From positions 37,758,001 through 37,822,000 of the forward strand of contig NW_026262745.1 of the NCBI RefSeq assembly GCF_021869535.1: a DNA stretch of 64,000 nucleotides, given 5' to 3'. Below, piece after piece: positions 1 to 12,900 of the stretch. The stretch comes from Mytilus californianus (lineage: Eukaryota). Position 1 is the first letter of the stretch; every line of letters begins with the position of its first letter. The position numbers and the translations under genes were made by a program. The notes beneath the pieces are model-generated. The model ran no database searches and was not told the DNA's origin. It worked only from the letters and a program-made list of their open reading frames with translations.

Positions 1-751
1 CTCAGATTCTGAGGGCCTTGTATAAATGTAAAGAAATTATAACAGTAATATGTTATATGCAACAAAAAAAGCAAAACAAACTCCATCATTATACAATTTT
101 ACATGCCCCTATCTTTTAAATTCATGGAATGCAAGAAAATTATCTCTTTTGAATGAATTAAATAAGAGTCATTAGATGGATGAGTGATATACTGAAGACT
201 GACAAATGGCCACTCAGATTAAATTTTAAAATATTAAACTTCAGTCCTTTCAACATTATCTTAATTTAACTGCTGAATGAATTACATAATAGTCTCAGGC
301 TGTTTCAGTGAAAAATGTCAACTATGACATTGACCAAATATCTCCCTTTGTATATAACATGAGAAACAACTTTATCCAATGTCAAAACATGGCAGTTCTT
401 TTTTTAAATACCCTAAGTAACTATAAAATTAGACATTTGAATATCTTATTATGGATGTTTGAAACACTACTGCAGTACCATAATTGGACGAAATATTTGT
501 CTCACATTTTCCAATCAGAAGTTGGTATTTCCCATTTTCCAATTTAGTTCTTTCAATTTCAGTTTTCTTGGAACCCCAGGATTTTATTTCGATATCTTAT
601 GCATGAATATATCAAAGTGAAATCGTCATAGCGGTAATGAATGTTACAAAAGTAGTTTATTGAATTATATACCAAAAAAAAAAATTTAATAAACCAATTA
701 TATTCAAGTATTTGTAGATATGCAAATTATATAAGAATTATTAATACGTAC

Positions 752-952
752 CAGTATAATCAATGGAGTTATGACACACCACAAGGCATGCCACCAGTAG
801 CCTGTGTGATGACCAATCATATGTTTTATATTGGCAGAAAACTGTTTTACACCATAAAACCAGCCAATGGATATACACATAAATATACCAGTAACCATGA
901 TTGGGAATCCTGCTACGTATTCATCTATAACACGTAATATGTACAAACCACT
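752..952 (-). CDS. Gene A exon 9 (TM10, TM11)
   Basis: tttttcag|AGT ... ATACTG|gtacgt. Encodes [17 protein letters not shown]...GWFYG...[10 protein letters not shown]. 201 bp. Confidence 0.93.
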
Positions 953-3900
953 CTGAAAAAGATATGTTTGAAATCATTTCCTATTTCAAAGGTAAAACAG
1001 GATAGGTGCGAGCAACAGCTTGAAACATTACCTGTTTTATAATTTCAGTCAGATAAGCCACAATATCCTATATAATTAAGTTGTACAGATTAGGACAGTC
1101 ATGCATGAAAAGTAGGTTAACAGTATTTTTTTTGTAATTTTTTCCTTATATTGAAGTGTAACAAATACTCTTTTGAAAAACATTTAATCTATGTAAAGGT
1201 TGTTGTTTTAAATTTCCGTACCAAATCAATTTCATATATAGACCTTTATTTTGATCAAAGATATGCCTTCTGACAAAATAATTATTTGTCTTTCAATAAT
1301 AATGCATGGCCAGTGGCTCAATTTTAAAACAGATCAATAACCTGTTTAAAATAATGTGCTTAAGAATGCCTAAAAGCATGCTAATTACCTGTGTGGTTAA
1401 AGGAAGACCAAGTAGAAATAATGATGAACAGACAACAAATAAAACAGCAATCCTCCTTCGTCTGAAGAGAGTTATATTTTCATCAATGATGGCTGTGATT
1501 ACAGTTTCTACATTAACAAACTGTGTACTGATCCCCAGCATGACAATCATGAGGAAAAATAAAATGGACCATAATGGAGAAATAGGAAAATATGACATGG
1601 CTTCTGGATTTACTATAAATGTTAGTCCTATATCTGAAATAGAAAATAAATACAATTCTTATATAATTACATTAATCTTACAGAATTTGTTATGGAAATA
1701 TAATTAAAGATGAATTTTGTAAGTGTATTTTAATTGCTTTTGTTATTTCTTATCACACTGAAGAATATATGTTTTATATAGTGAAAATAATTTCTGCCCA
1801 CATAGTTGATGCTTTAATAAATTGAATCCCAGAAGCCTTCATTACATATGTTGTCATTGGTTGCTGTCTTGTCATATTTGTTTTTGGTTTAGCTGTTTAG
1901 ACCATAAATCAGACTGTTGTTTTTCTGGTTAAAAAATGTTTCATAATTTGGCGAGTCAGAACCATTTATAGCTTATATACTATAAAGTAAGGGTTTTTGC
2001 TCATTACTGAAGCTGTACAGTGACCTATAGTTGCTAACATCTATATATCTGTCATTTAGTTTCAGTTGGGTAGTTGTCACATTGGCAACCATACCACATC
2101 CTTTTATTTTTATATCAAGGAAAACTAGAACACTCACCAGATTGAATGACATTTTCAATATCTGCACCTAGTTCATGACTTAGTACTCCAAGCATTGCAA
2201 ACATGGAGAATCCAGCTAACACACTAACTAGTGTATCTCCTAAACACACCAATATTGCATCACTGAAAGCAGTACAGTAATATACTCATGAGGGTAAAAA
2301 ATATTTCAAAATTTGCTTGAAATATGAACCAATGTATTAAATCATTATATATAAGAATAATGAATAACTAAGCCAGTGTAATCATTTGTTCTTCCATAGA
2401 TTGTTGTCAAAACAAGCATGTGCAAGTCTGTGGAGTATAAAGTAGAAAAGATATGATCAGTCATCACCTTTATAAATTGTATAAACAAAGTTATGGCTAG
2501 TCATCACTCTACAAATTGTATGTAAAAGTTATTGCTATCCATCACCCTACAAATTGTATATAGAAAGTTATGGCTAACCATCACCCTTACAAATTGTATG
2601 TAAAAAGTTATGGCTAGCCATCACCCTATTTTATGTAAAATGTTATGGCTAGCCATCACCCTATAATTTCAATGTAATAATAAAATGTATTGCTAGCCAT
2701 CACCTACAAATTTTATGTAAAAAGTTATGGCTAGCCATCACCCTACAAATTCTATGAAAAAGTTATGGCTAGCCATCACCCTACAAATTCTATGTAAAAA
2801 GTTATGGCTAGCCACCACCCTACAAATTCTATGTAAAAAGTTATGGATAGCCATCACCCTACAAATTGTATGTAAAAAGCTATGGCTAGCCATCACCCTA
2901 CAAATTGATATGTAAAAGTTATTGCTAACCATCACCCTACAAATTCTATGTAAAAAGTTATGGCTAGTTATCAACTTCACATTCTATGTAAAAGTTATGG
3001 CTAACCATCACCCTACAAACTGTATGCCAAAAATTATGGCTAGCCACATACCCTACAAATTCTATGTAAAAAGTTGTGGCTATAGCCATCTACCTACAAA
3101 TTGTATGCAAAAAGTTATGGCTAGCCATCACCCTACAAATTCTATGTAAAAGATATGGCTAGCCAACACCCTACACATTCTATGTAAAAAGTTATGGCTA
3201 GCCATCAACCTACAAATTCTATGTATAAAGTTATGGCTAGCCATCACCCTACTAATGGTATGTAAAACGTTATGGCTAGTCATCACCCTACAAATTGATA
3301 TGTGAAAGGTTATAGACTAAGCCATCACCCGACAAATTGATATGTGAACATTTATAGCCTAAGCAATCAATCAACAAATTAATATGTGAAACATTATGGC
3401 TAGCCATCACTATACAGATTGATATGTGAAACATTATGGCTAGCCATCACTATACAAATTGATATGTAAATAAACTGTTAACACAGAGATATGTCTCCCC
3501 TTTTTGTTATTTTGATAGTAAAATGCAAATGTTGAAATCAAAATAGCAATACTTTAATATCTAAGTTATGTCAAATATTTAAAGTCCATGAACCATGACT
3601 GCAGATACAAGGCCAAAAAAAATCTCCATGGAAATGAGATGTGCCAAAGCTAATACATATGCATACCAAATATCATTGACCTACCCATAGTGGTTTCCAA
3701 ATAACTGATGTAATCATAAACTAATACATGTAAACTAAGCAAAAGTTTCAAAGTCAATAGACCATGACTGAGGGGGAGGGGCCAAACAATTTCTATGGAA
3801 ATGAGATTTGCCAATGCTAGTATAACTAAATACCAAATATCATTGACCTACCACTAGTGGTTCCCTATAAACTGACCTTAAATCACAAACTAATACATGT

Positions 3901-6900
3901 AACGTACCTAAGCAAAAGTTTCCAAGTCAATAGACCAGGACTGAGGGAGCGGAGCCAAACAATCTCCATGGAAATGAGATTTGCCAATGCTAATACAACT
4001 GCATACCAAATATCATTGACCTACCACTAGTGGTTCCCCATAAAACTAACCTAATCACAAACTAATACATTATTTATGCCACCGCCGCAGGAAACAAGAT
4101 ACCTATGTCTCACTTTTTGACTCCATCAAATCGAGACAAAATTATGGCTAGCCATCATCCTACAAATTGTATGTAAAAAGTTATTGCTAGCCAGCACTCT
4201 ACAAATTGTACGTAAAACATTATGCGGATCGGTCAATAAACAATCTGTTATAATTATGATCCTTGAATTTGGTCAATATTGTCTAAACTACAAAACTTTA
4301 ATTTCATGAACTTCTTGGCTGATAGTGACACTTTATAAGTCTACTCCTTTATTTCAAAAAAAGATGTCAAAATTTTGTTGTGGATATAAAACCCAGGGGC
4401 TCTTTTTGCAAAAAAACCTAAATGATATACTGAAGTGTAACGTTCTTTTCTTACAAGTATTTCTGTCATAAAATAGTTTGTAAAATGGGATGCAGAAGCT
4501 TTTCTTTTACTTCTTTTACTAAAATCAATTATGTACCCCAAATGTACATAATCTTAATCCATAAATGTCACTTACCTATATATGTTATTGTGAAATTTAT
4601 TATAACTGGCAAGTGTAGTTAATCCTCCCATACAAGCTGACAATGAGAAGAACACCTGTACTGCAGCGTCTGCCCATACTTTTGGTTCTTTTAACTTCTC
4701 CCACTTGGGCGTGACATAGAACTTGATTCCTTTGATATTACCTTCCATCATTAATGCTCGTACTAACAGGACCATCATAATTACCATAGGAAAGGTAACA
4801 ACAAAATATGCAATCTACAAAAATTTGAACAATTATATTTAAGATCATTTAAATACCATGGGAAACGTTACAACAAAATACCCTATCTGCAAAAATTTGA
4901 ACAATTATTGAAATATGCTGCCCTTAATTCTTTATTTTACTTCAATTGGTTCTTTGAAAGCAAATTCCTTAAAAAAGAAGAGAGAGCTGTTATAAATTTC
5001 ATTGTGAGAAATTAATTCGGTCAAGATCAATTTCAACTGGATGTTGAGAAGTCAACAATGAATCAATCAATCAAGATAAATTTAAAACTTGAACATATTG
5101 CAAAAAATCAAACTCCATACCCTTGCCGGGTTATCAATTTTCATTATATCATGTTTCTATTATGAGCAGAAGTTAAAGAAGTTATACATCATTCAGCTTT
5201 CAAGTTTAAGGGATGAGACCTTCACATGAAGGTAAATCCAGAAAGGGCTTTGAACCCATCAAATTTATAAAATGCTATTTTCTTTTAAAAAGATTTAAAA
5301 AAAAAAAAGAAGCAAAATCTAAATAAACATCTTTATATTAAAAAAACAAATTTTACAATGTGTCCATAAAACCCAGCTTCTTTCCTAAGACTAGTAAGAT
5401 GCAGATGATTTCAAGCCAAAATAATATAACACATAATACACTCAAATTTTGTGGTAGATGTATATGAAGGATGGAAATATATAAACTTGGTTACATCCAG
5501 GTCTCTATTTTTGGTATATTAATGGTGTTGGTTTGTTCAAATTTATTGACATCAACTAATCATCTTTATTTATATGTCAAGTATTTTAAACACTGAGGTT
5601 ATGAGTTTGAACAACACTTGTGGCAAGGTGAATTTGACCCCTATCTAAATTGACTAGGATTGTCAGTTTTCCTGCCAAAGATCACAGGTTTTCTCAGGGT
5701 ATTCAGACTTCCTCCACCAATTAAAACTGGCTGTCAAGATATAGCGAGGCATGCTTAAAGTGGGGTTAAACACCAACCAATCATCTGAGGAGTTTTATAA
5801 ATAAGATTTAGTTCGTTGTCCGCTCATGAATATTCATGACATGTGACCATTTGTTTGCACTTAAAACCTGTGCGGTCATCTTTCTGATCATCGACTCTCG
5901 CTATAGCCTAAAGTTAATAGACATACGTATGAGACACATGTATTCACGAATAATTTGATGTGAATTTGTATTTGTAATTATGATTACTATTCTTATTGTG
6001 TTTGTACATGTATTTGATACATAAGATATAGAATTAAAGGTTAAAGCGAGTAGCACAGCTACATTAGATCTTTGCCCTTTACTAAGGCCATAGAATATAA
6101 TTACTTTTTATTCGGACAAACGTAGTGAGGGAGAATATAAGATATACTTACTTTTCCTGAGGTTCTGATTCCTCTAACCAGACATACAAACACAACCACC
6201 CAACAGAGTAACAGACATAATGCAAGCTCCCACTGGATACCCCCAACATTACTAAGACTTCCAGATACATTCAAAACTCTGTTACTGAAAAATAGAAACA
6301 GTGAATAAAAAATTATGAATAAACATAAAAAAAACTTGTGAGGAATGAGCCTTTTCTTCGTGTTGAAAATGAAAATAAAACTTCATAATTTTAATATGTA
6401 CAAAGAGATTTTCTGGTTTTACCTTCATCAGGAAAGCCTCAATATGATATTAAGATGAAGAACAGCAATAAATATGCTGTTCCTATTCTTTTGGTTTTGT
6501 CAATTGTGTGTAGTGATTTCATATCATGAATTAATATTTTAATTCATCAATTTAAGATTTTATCAAGCATTGTCAACAGCTAATTGAGAAATATAAATTT
6601 TATTATTGGTCAATTCAATTAACATTCTACAGAAACTATTTACATATATGTCTTCCTTGACAATCAAAAGTAAGAGGGGAAGAAGAATGTTTGTACTTTT
6701 TTTTCTTATGTCTGTTAAAGCAGATGAACAGGGGACAAGTCCATTATTTGAGTTTCCCTTTGTGGTCTCTTTGTTACTCTTTAAATATCAACTTTTACAA
6801 ATGACCCAATGAAGCTTTTTTTTCACAAAGAAATAAATATATGCAATAGATTTATGTATTAGAAAAAGCTAAACCACTACTTACTAAAAATATTCCTCAC

Positions 6901-9900
6901 TTGGAGTTGTCAACTTTGTATGACGATCTGTTGTTAGGACAACAGCACCAAACTCTCGTCTTAATTCTGTTATGCAATCTGTTACTAATTTTGTCTCATT
7001 CTGGCTGTACAGAGAACAGTTTGCAAGGACAGGGAAACAGGAATGATTTTGAAACTGGTTCTGGTATACATATGAACTGTTGAAATATGAACAATTACTA
7101 ACTTCAAATATGTTCTTACTACATCCTGCAAAAGAAAAATATACTAGAGAATAACATCGGGAACATTTCAATGTTATTTATAGATCAGAGCAAGCGGGAT
7201 GACATGAGGTAAATACATCACATTCATGAATCTCATGTACTCATTTTTACAGCAGATGCCCTTGAGGGCATTCTGGTGTTATGTTGCCACAGACATTTCT
7301 ACCCACGTGACTTGAGTTTTTGCCTGTGACTATCCACCAGAACTTGCGGTCATCCGATGTTCAGTACTTCAGTACTTTGATTTATTCCAATTTAACAGAT
7401 CCTGCCTTCATGCTTTGCAAACAAGCCTCTGCAAGAGCCATTGATTTTCTGTTTTAATAACAATTACCTCAACCAATGAAATTACTGCCTCTAAATTATT
7501 TTGAGTGTTTATCATTACAACAAAACCTCATGATCCCAAAAAATCTTCACAACAGGAAGTAAAATGATGCTGTTGCATCATTATCAGTGAAGCAAAGACA
7601 CAGACTGTGTGTTTTAAAGAGATCATTTTTTATCAAATAATATCAAATGGTACAAGAACTACTTTTTGTCATACAACAGTAAACAGTTTAAACCAATTAA
7701 TGTTGAATACCTAGCTTTGAAAAGCCACAATAAACAGTTGCTATTTTGTTCTATGGTGCTTCAAATAATTAGCTGTTGTTATACAATAACAACGGCAACT
7801 TCTCCATGTCTAATACCTGGCTTTGAAAAGCCACAGTTAACTATTGTTTTCACTATGAAGCTTCAAGTTGTCAACAATTCTCAAACAATTAAAAGCTTTT
7901 AGAAAACTTTTGGTTTAAATAGACAAACAAATATCTTTAAATTTGTAAAACCTCATGCCAAAACATTTAAATTGAGAACATTTCAAAAACTGAACAATTA
8001 AAAAATCTATTTAATATTTATGAGAAATAATTAAACCACTCACTGCTATGAAAACCTTGTTCCGTAAGGATCAATATACATTAGATAACTCAAACTATTT
8101 GTCTCGTAATTTCTGTTCTAAATCGGTTAATATTACAACACTCAGCGAATATTGGTATCTTTCCATCCAAAGAAATGAAAAATTAAAGATTCATACACAA
8201 TATATTAATTTATAACACTCAATAACACTAAAATTACGTTATGTCTATTGCCAAATTTTAGAAAAATAATGAATCCTGTACTAAAATTGTCAAAAATCAA
8301 TTTAAATTTAAGAGCATTGTTTAATATTTATAGCATTCTTCATATTTTGAGAATTTGTTGACAATTATAAATTTACTCGTTAATAACATATTTCAATTAA
8401 TAAAATAATCTATTGAATGTTTTAAATACCAATTAAATACTCTAATTGAGAAATATAAGTGAAGATACATTTATGGTTCTTAGGATTCATTATTCGTATA
8501 ATACCAGTTTTCGTGGGTTTTGTGGACACAGGTGAACCACAAATCTAAAATTTTTCAACGTATAACAAATTTTCTAAAGATTTGTATGGCAAAACCATGA
8601 AATCAAATATCAAATATTCAAGTTTTCATCAAACCACAAAAATTGGTACTGATGAAAATAAAGGAATCCACAGTATTTGACCCTGTATATTAACTGAAAA
8701 TTGAAGCAGTGCATTACTTTTCACATTTTTTTTATTATCAAAAGAAAGGCTTTTCAGATAAAAGAGGAATGTGTCTGAGGACACGAATGCCCCCAATCAA
8801 GCTTTGCAATTTTCCAAGTTAAAAAGGGGCATAACTCTAGAACGGTAAATGATTCACTGCCCAAATTGGAACTCTGATGGTGTGTTGTGGTTCTTAGCAT
8901 TGTGTATGAGTTTCATTAAATTTGCATGCGGAAAACTTAAGTTAGAGTGTGGAGACGAAAATGGGATAGACGGAAAGATGGACGGTCAAGGGTAACACTT
9001 AATGCCCCCATTGCCTACGGCAGGGGCATACAACAATTTGAATATCAGCCAAGCTTTATTAATGACACTATTTGACTGTGATGTCAAAAGCAAGATTTGT
9101 CAGATTCTGTGCAAAAAAATTCTGTTTTAAGAATTTTTTAGGTAAATTAACAAAGAGCAATAGCTTTTCCATAATTTTTTATTTGCCAAAGAATATATAA
9201 TCACAAAGTACACTTTCTGTTTAAATATCTTTATGGGCAACAGTAGTGTAAGCATCTAAAAGTCAAAGTCAAAATTTCATCATTCTAATGAATTTACTGT
9301 CAAGTCTTGGCTGTATAAATCTTAAAAAGGCCATGAATTGAACTAAATATAAATATTTCATTGTTTTATTAGAGTACATCGATTCAACATTTGATACTGA
9401 AAATCAGATAGTTTGAGTAGTTTTCAAGTTCAATAGTACACTTTAATGTGTTAAATCTTCAGAATGAATATATATGTTTTATCCTATCAAATTAACTAAG
9501 ATACATAACAAACAAACCCTTCAAACAAATCGAACACTCATGATTTCTCTGATAATTGTTTCAACACTTGATAAACATTTCTATTATCCATAGTAAACTA
9601 TTGATTAAATAAAAAAAAAGTATTCCTTGTAAAGAGGGAATAATGCATCATTATTTTGAAGTACCACAATATTTACTTGTCCATTTTCCCATATTTTGAC
9701 CTATATATCAAATCAGCTTTAATCGTATTTTGACAAGTATTTCTAAGGACTGTGGACAATCAATGTTTCAAGTTTTGGTTTGTTAAAAAGATTTATGGTA
9801 GTAAGTTTGACAAAATATTGGCATGATGCTACTTTTGGTCTAGTGATTAGACTACTATACTGGACTAATAGTATGATTTATATCAGTCCAAATAAAATCG

Positions 9901-12900
9901 GTTGTCATATTTAGAGATAATGTGTCATATGCATTTTCTAGCAAAATTCCATTTAAATCAATAAAAACAACTGAAACTTAAACTTAAGCAAATTGTTAAG
10001 TAGGCATACTGTTTCAAATCTTTTCTCTCAGATGCTCAGCAAAAGAATTTTTTAGAACTTCAAGATTTTCCCTTTCTTAATGTGAGAAAGATACCTCTGA
10101 AAGTATTACGACTAAGATGAATTGGATTCTAAAACTCTTATCATGACTATAAAAACAAGAATGTGTCCATAGTACATGGATGCCCCACTTGCACTATCAT
10201 TTTCTCTGTCCAGTGGACAGTGAAATTGGGGTCAAAACTCTAAATTGGCATTAAAATTAGAAAGATCATATCATAGGAAACATGTGTACTAAGTTTCAAG
10301 TTGATTGGACTTCAACTTCATCAAAAACTACCTTGACCAAAAACTTTAACCTGAAGCGGGACAGACGGACGGACGGACGAATGAACGGACACACAGACCG
10401 AAAAACATATGCCCATAAATGGGGCATAAAAATATGTAAATTCAGTTTTGTTGCTCTTGAAATTAAGTCATCATAGTCATGTCTATGACAATGCTATGGG
10501 GAAAGTTGAAAAAAATAAGATTATATGGTGCCTTCTCGATATAGTTTTGCTTTCCCAAACAATACTACTGCCATAAATACCTACATTAACTTTTTATAAT
10601 GTAGTCTCTTTCTTAAACTAGACTACTTTGAAATAACTTTAGCCAAAAACATTTTAAGTGCATCTAGTTTGGGTTATACCTTTTATGATTTTCAATTTAA
10701 TTCAATCTGCTAAACATACTCATATCAATCTCATATTTTTCATTGCAGACATTTTTAGAAAGTTTTATTCTGTATCTAGAATCCTATAACTCCTTACTGT
10801 GTGGCAAAATAAAATGAGGCAACTGATCATTCAGGCTGAGAACAGGCATTTCTGAAAAAATAATTACTGGAAAATTTAACCCCCTTATCAATTTTTGGTG
10901 TTCTCTCCAGGTACTCAAGGCTTCCTCCGCCATACAAAACTGGCCATTATGATATACCCAAGGTCACTAAAAGTGGACTTAAAAATCAACAAACGATTTG
11001 GTGTGGACAATTATCTTTCAGAAAGAAAATAAGAAACCTTCAATAAATCCATCCATCATTTCTCAAGTTAAACCATATGCTGATCCTAGTTTTTGCTTTT
11101 AATTAAAGGTCAAATGAAAACATGAAAGGGTTTGAAAATAAAAATCTAAAAAAATTCACACAAATTGGTAATAAGGTCAAACCTGCATATACAGATTCAT
11201 CTCAGGACCAAAGAAAACTGACCTCATAAGAGAGGTGGTCTTTGAATTTAAATTCAAAATGCATAAGTATTCCTTACAATGGGACAAGAAGAGGGTCATC
11301 CAACAAGACAGTATTTTGCTTAATGGAAGTGACCATTATAGCATTTTGACTGTAAATCACAAATTTTTAAGTCAGGAATAGCATTATTTTATAATAAAAG
11401 TTCTAAACTAATTCCATAGAAGAGAGTTGTTACTTACTGTTTGGATTGTTCCAGTCATTTCCACAATTAAACCAAGGAAGTGTAGCTGTCATGGAAGAAA
11501 ACAGATAATGAACTGCCCAAGCATTCACCATGTTGTAATAGATAGACACAACAAAGCTTGATAGAACCATTGCCATACCAATGCCTGAAAAAAGAGCAAT
11601 TTTTAATTCTTAAACTCAACTTTGTATCATTTTCAGAATGAAAACATGTTAAAAGTACACTTAGATTGGTACTTTGTGTTTTTTGTCTATTTGTTAATTT
11701 TGTTGTTGTGCTACATACCAATCTGATTAGTCAGGCTAAACTTTAACGTCACAGTACCCAAATTGCAACCATTTAGCAAAAATAGCAGCAGAAATCGTAC
11801 AAGTTTTCTAAGAGACTAAACAATTTGTATATTTATGATTTGACATTATGCACTTCTTTCAACATAGCTAAATATATTTAAATACACACAAAATGTTCAC
11901 AGTATTTATCAACATATGAAGTATTCACTGGAAAAAGTAAATCTACGGAAACGTATTGACGTCCACAAAAAGTCTACTTTTAAAAATGAGCAATAAGGAT
12001 ACATCTACAAAATAAACACAGAATGGAAACTTTTGTCTGTATCATAAATAAACTTAGGTGAAAAAACTGTCAAAATAGGTGCAATTTAGGTACACTCAAG
12101 TTAGAGTTTGTTCTTGTGTTGTGCTGTACACCACAGGTAAGTAAGGAGGGTACTCACAAATGTTTTAAAACCTGCCATATTCTTTATGTGAATGTCCTAT
12201 GTCAGTGGTTGTTGTCTTCCATATTTGTTTTGAGCATAGATCAGACTGTTGCTTTTTTTTTTCTTCTGAATTGTTCCACATTTTATCATGCCAGAAATTT
12301 CATAGCTTATCATATTGTATGGGTTTTGCTCATTATTGAAGGTCATACAGTGACCTTTAATTGCTTACATCCCCAGCCTTTGGTCTCTGGTGGATATAGT
12401 TGTCTCATTTGCAATCATACCACATCGCCTTATTTCTATATTGTATTGTTAGGATGTTTTCAGCAATTTTAGTTAAAAGGCCAACTCACTGAACTTGAAT
12501 TTCATTATTTTAGCTTAATAATCAAAACTTCATACATTTTCGCATACATATTATGGAAATATTGTTTCATATACATCTACCTCATCTCTCTTTCTACAAT
12601 ATTCAGACTCTAAGCATCTAAAAACTAAACGGATTTAAGAGAAGTTTCAGATTTAAGAGAAGTTTCAGATTTCAGACAGTGTTTTGCTGGTTTCATAATT
12701 TTCTTTTACTTAAATGTCTAACCAATGTATTTTATTTGTAAACATTGGAATGTCCACACTGTTACCATTGCTGGTTTGGTAATAACATGACGAATATTTA
12801 TGAATTCATAATTGACTTTCACTGAAATGTCTAACCAATATATTCTACCTTTAAATAGTGGAACTGCTCTCCATACAGTAACTGGACCTAAACTGGCATA

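Noticed and set aside
1306-1707. 133-aa plus-strand ORF
   Set aside because: Antisense shadow of gene A exon 8; no recognisable protein features.
2727-3149. Periodic ORFs on both strands ([13 protein letters not shown] repeats)
   Set aside because: By-product of a 39-bp unit divisible by 3; intronic, with no splice or homology support.
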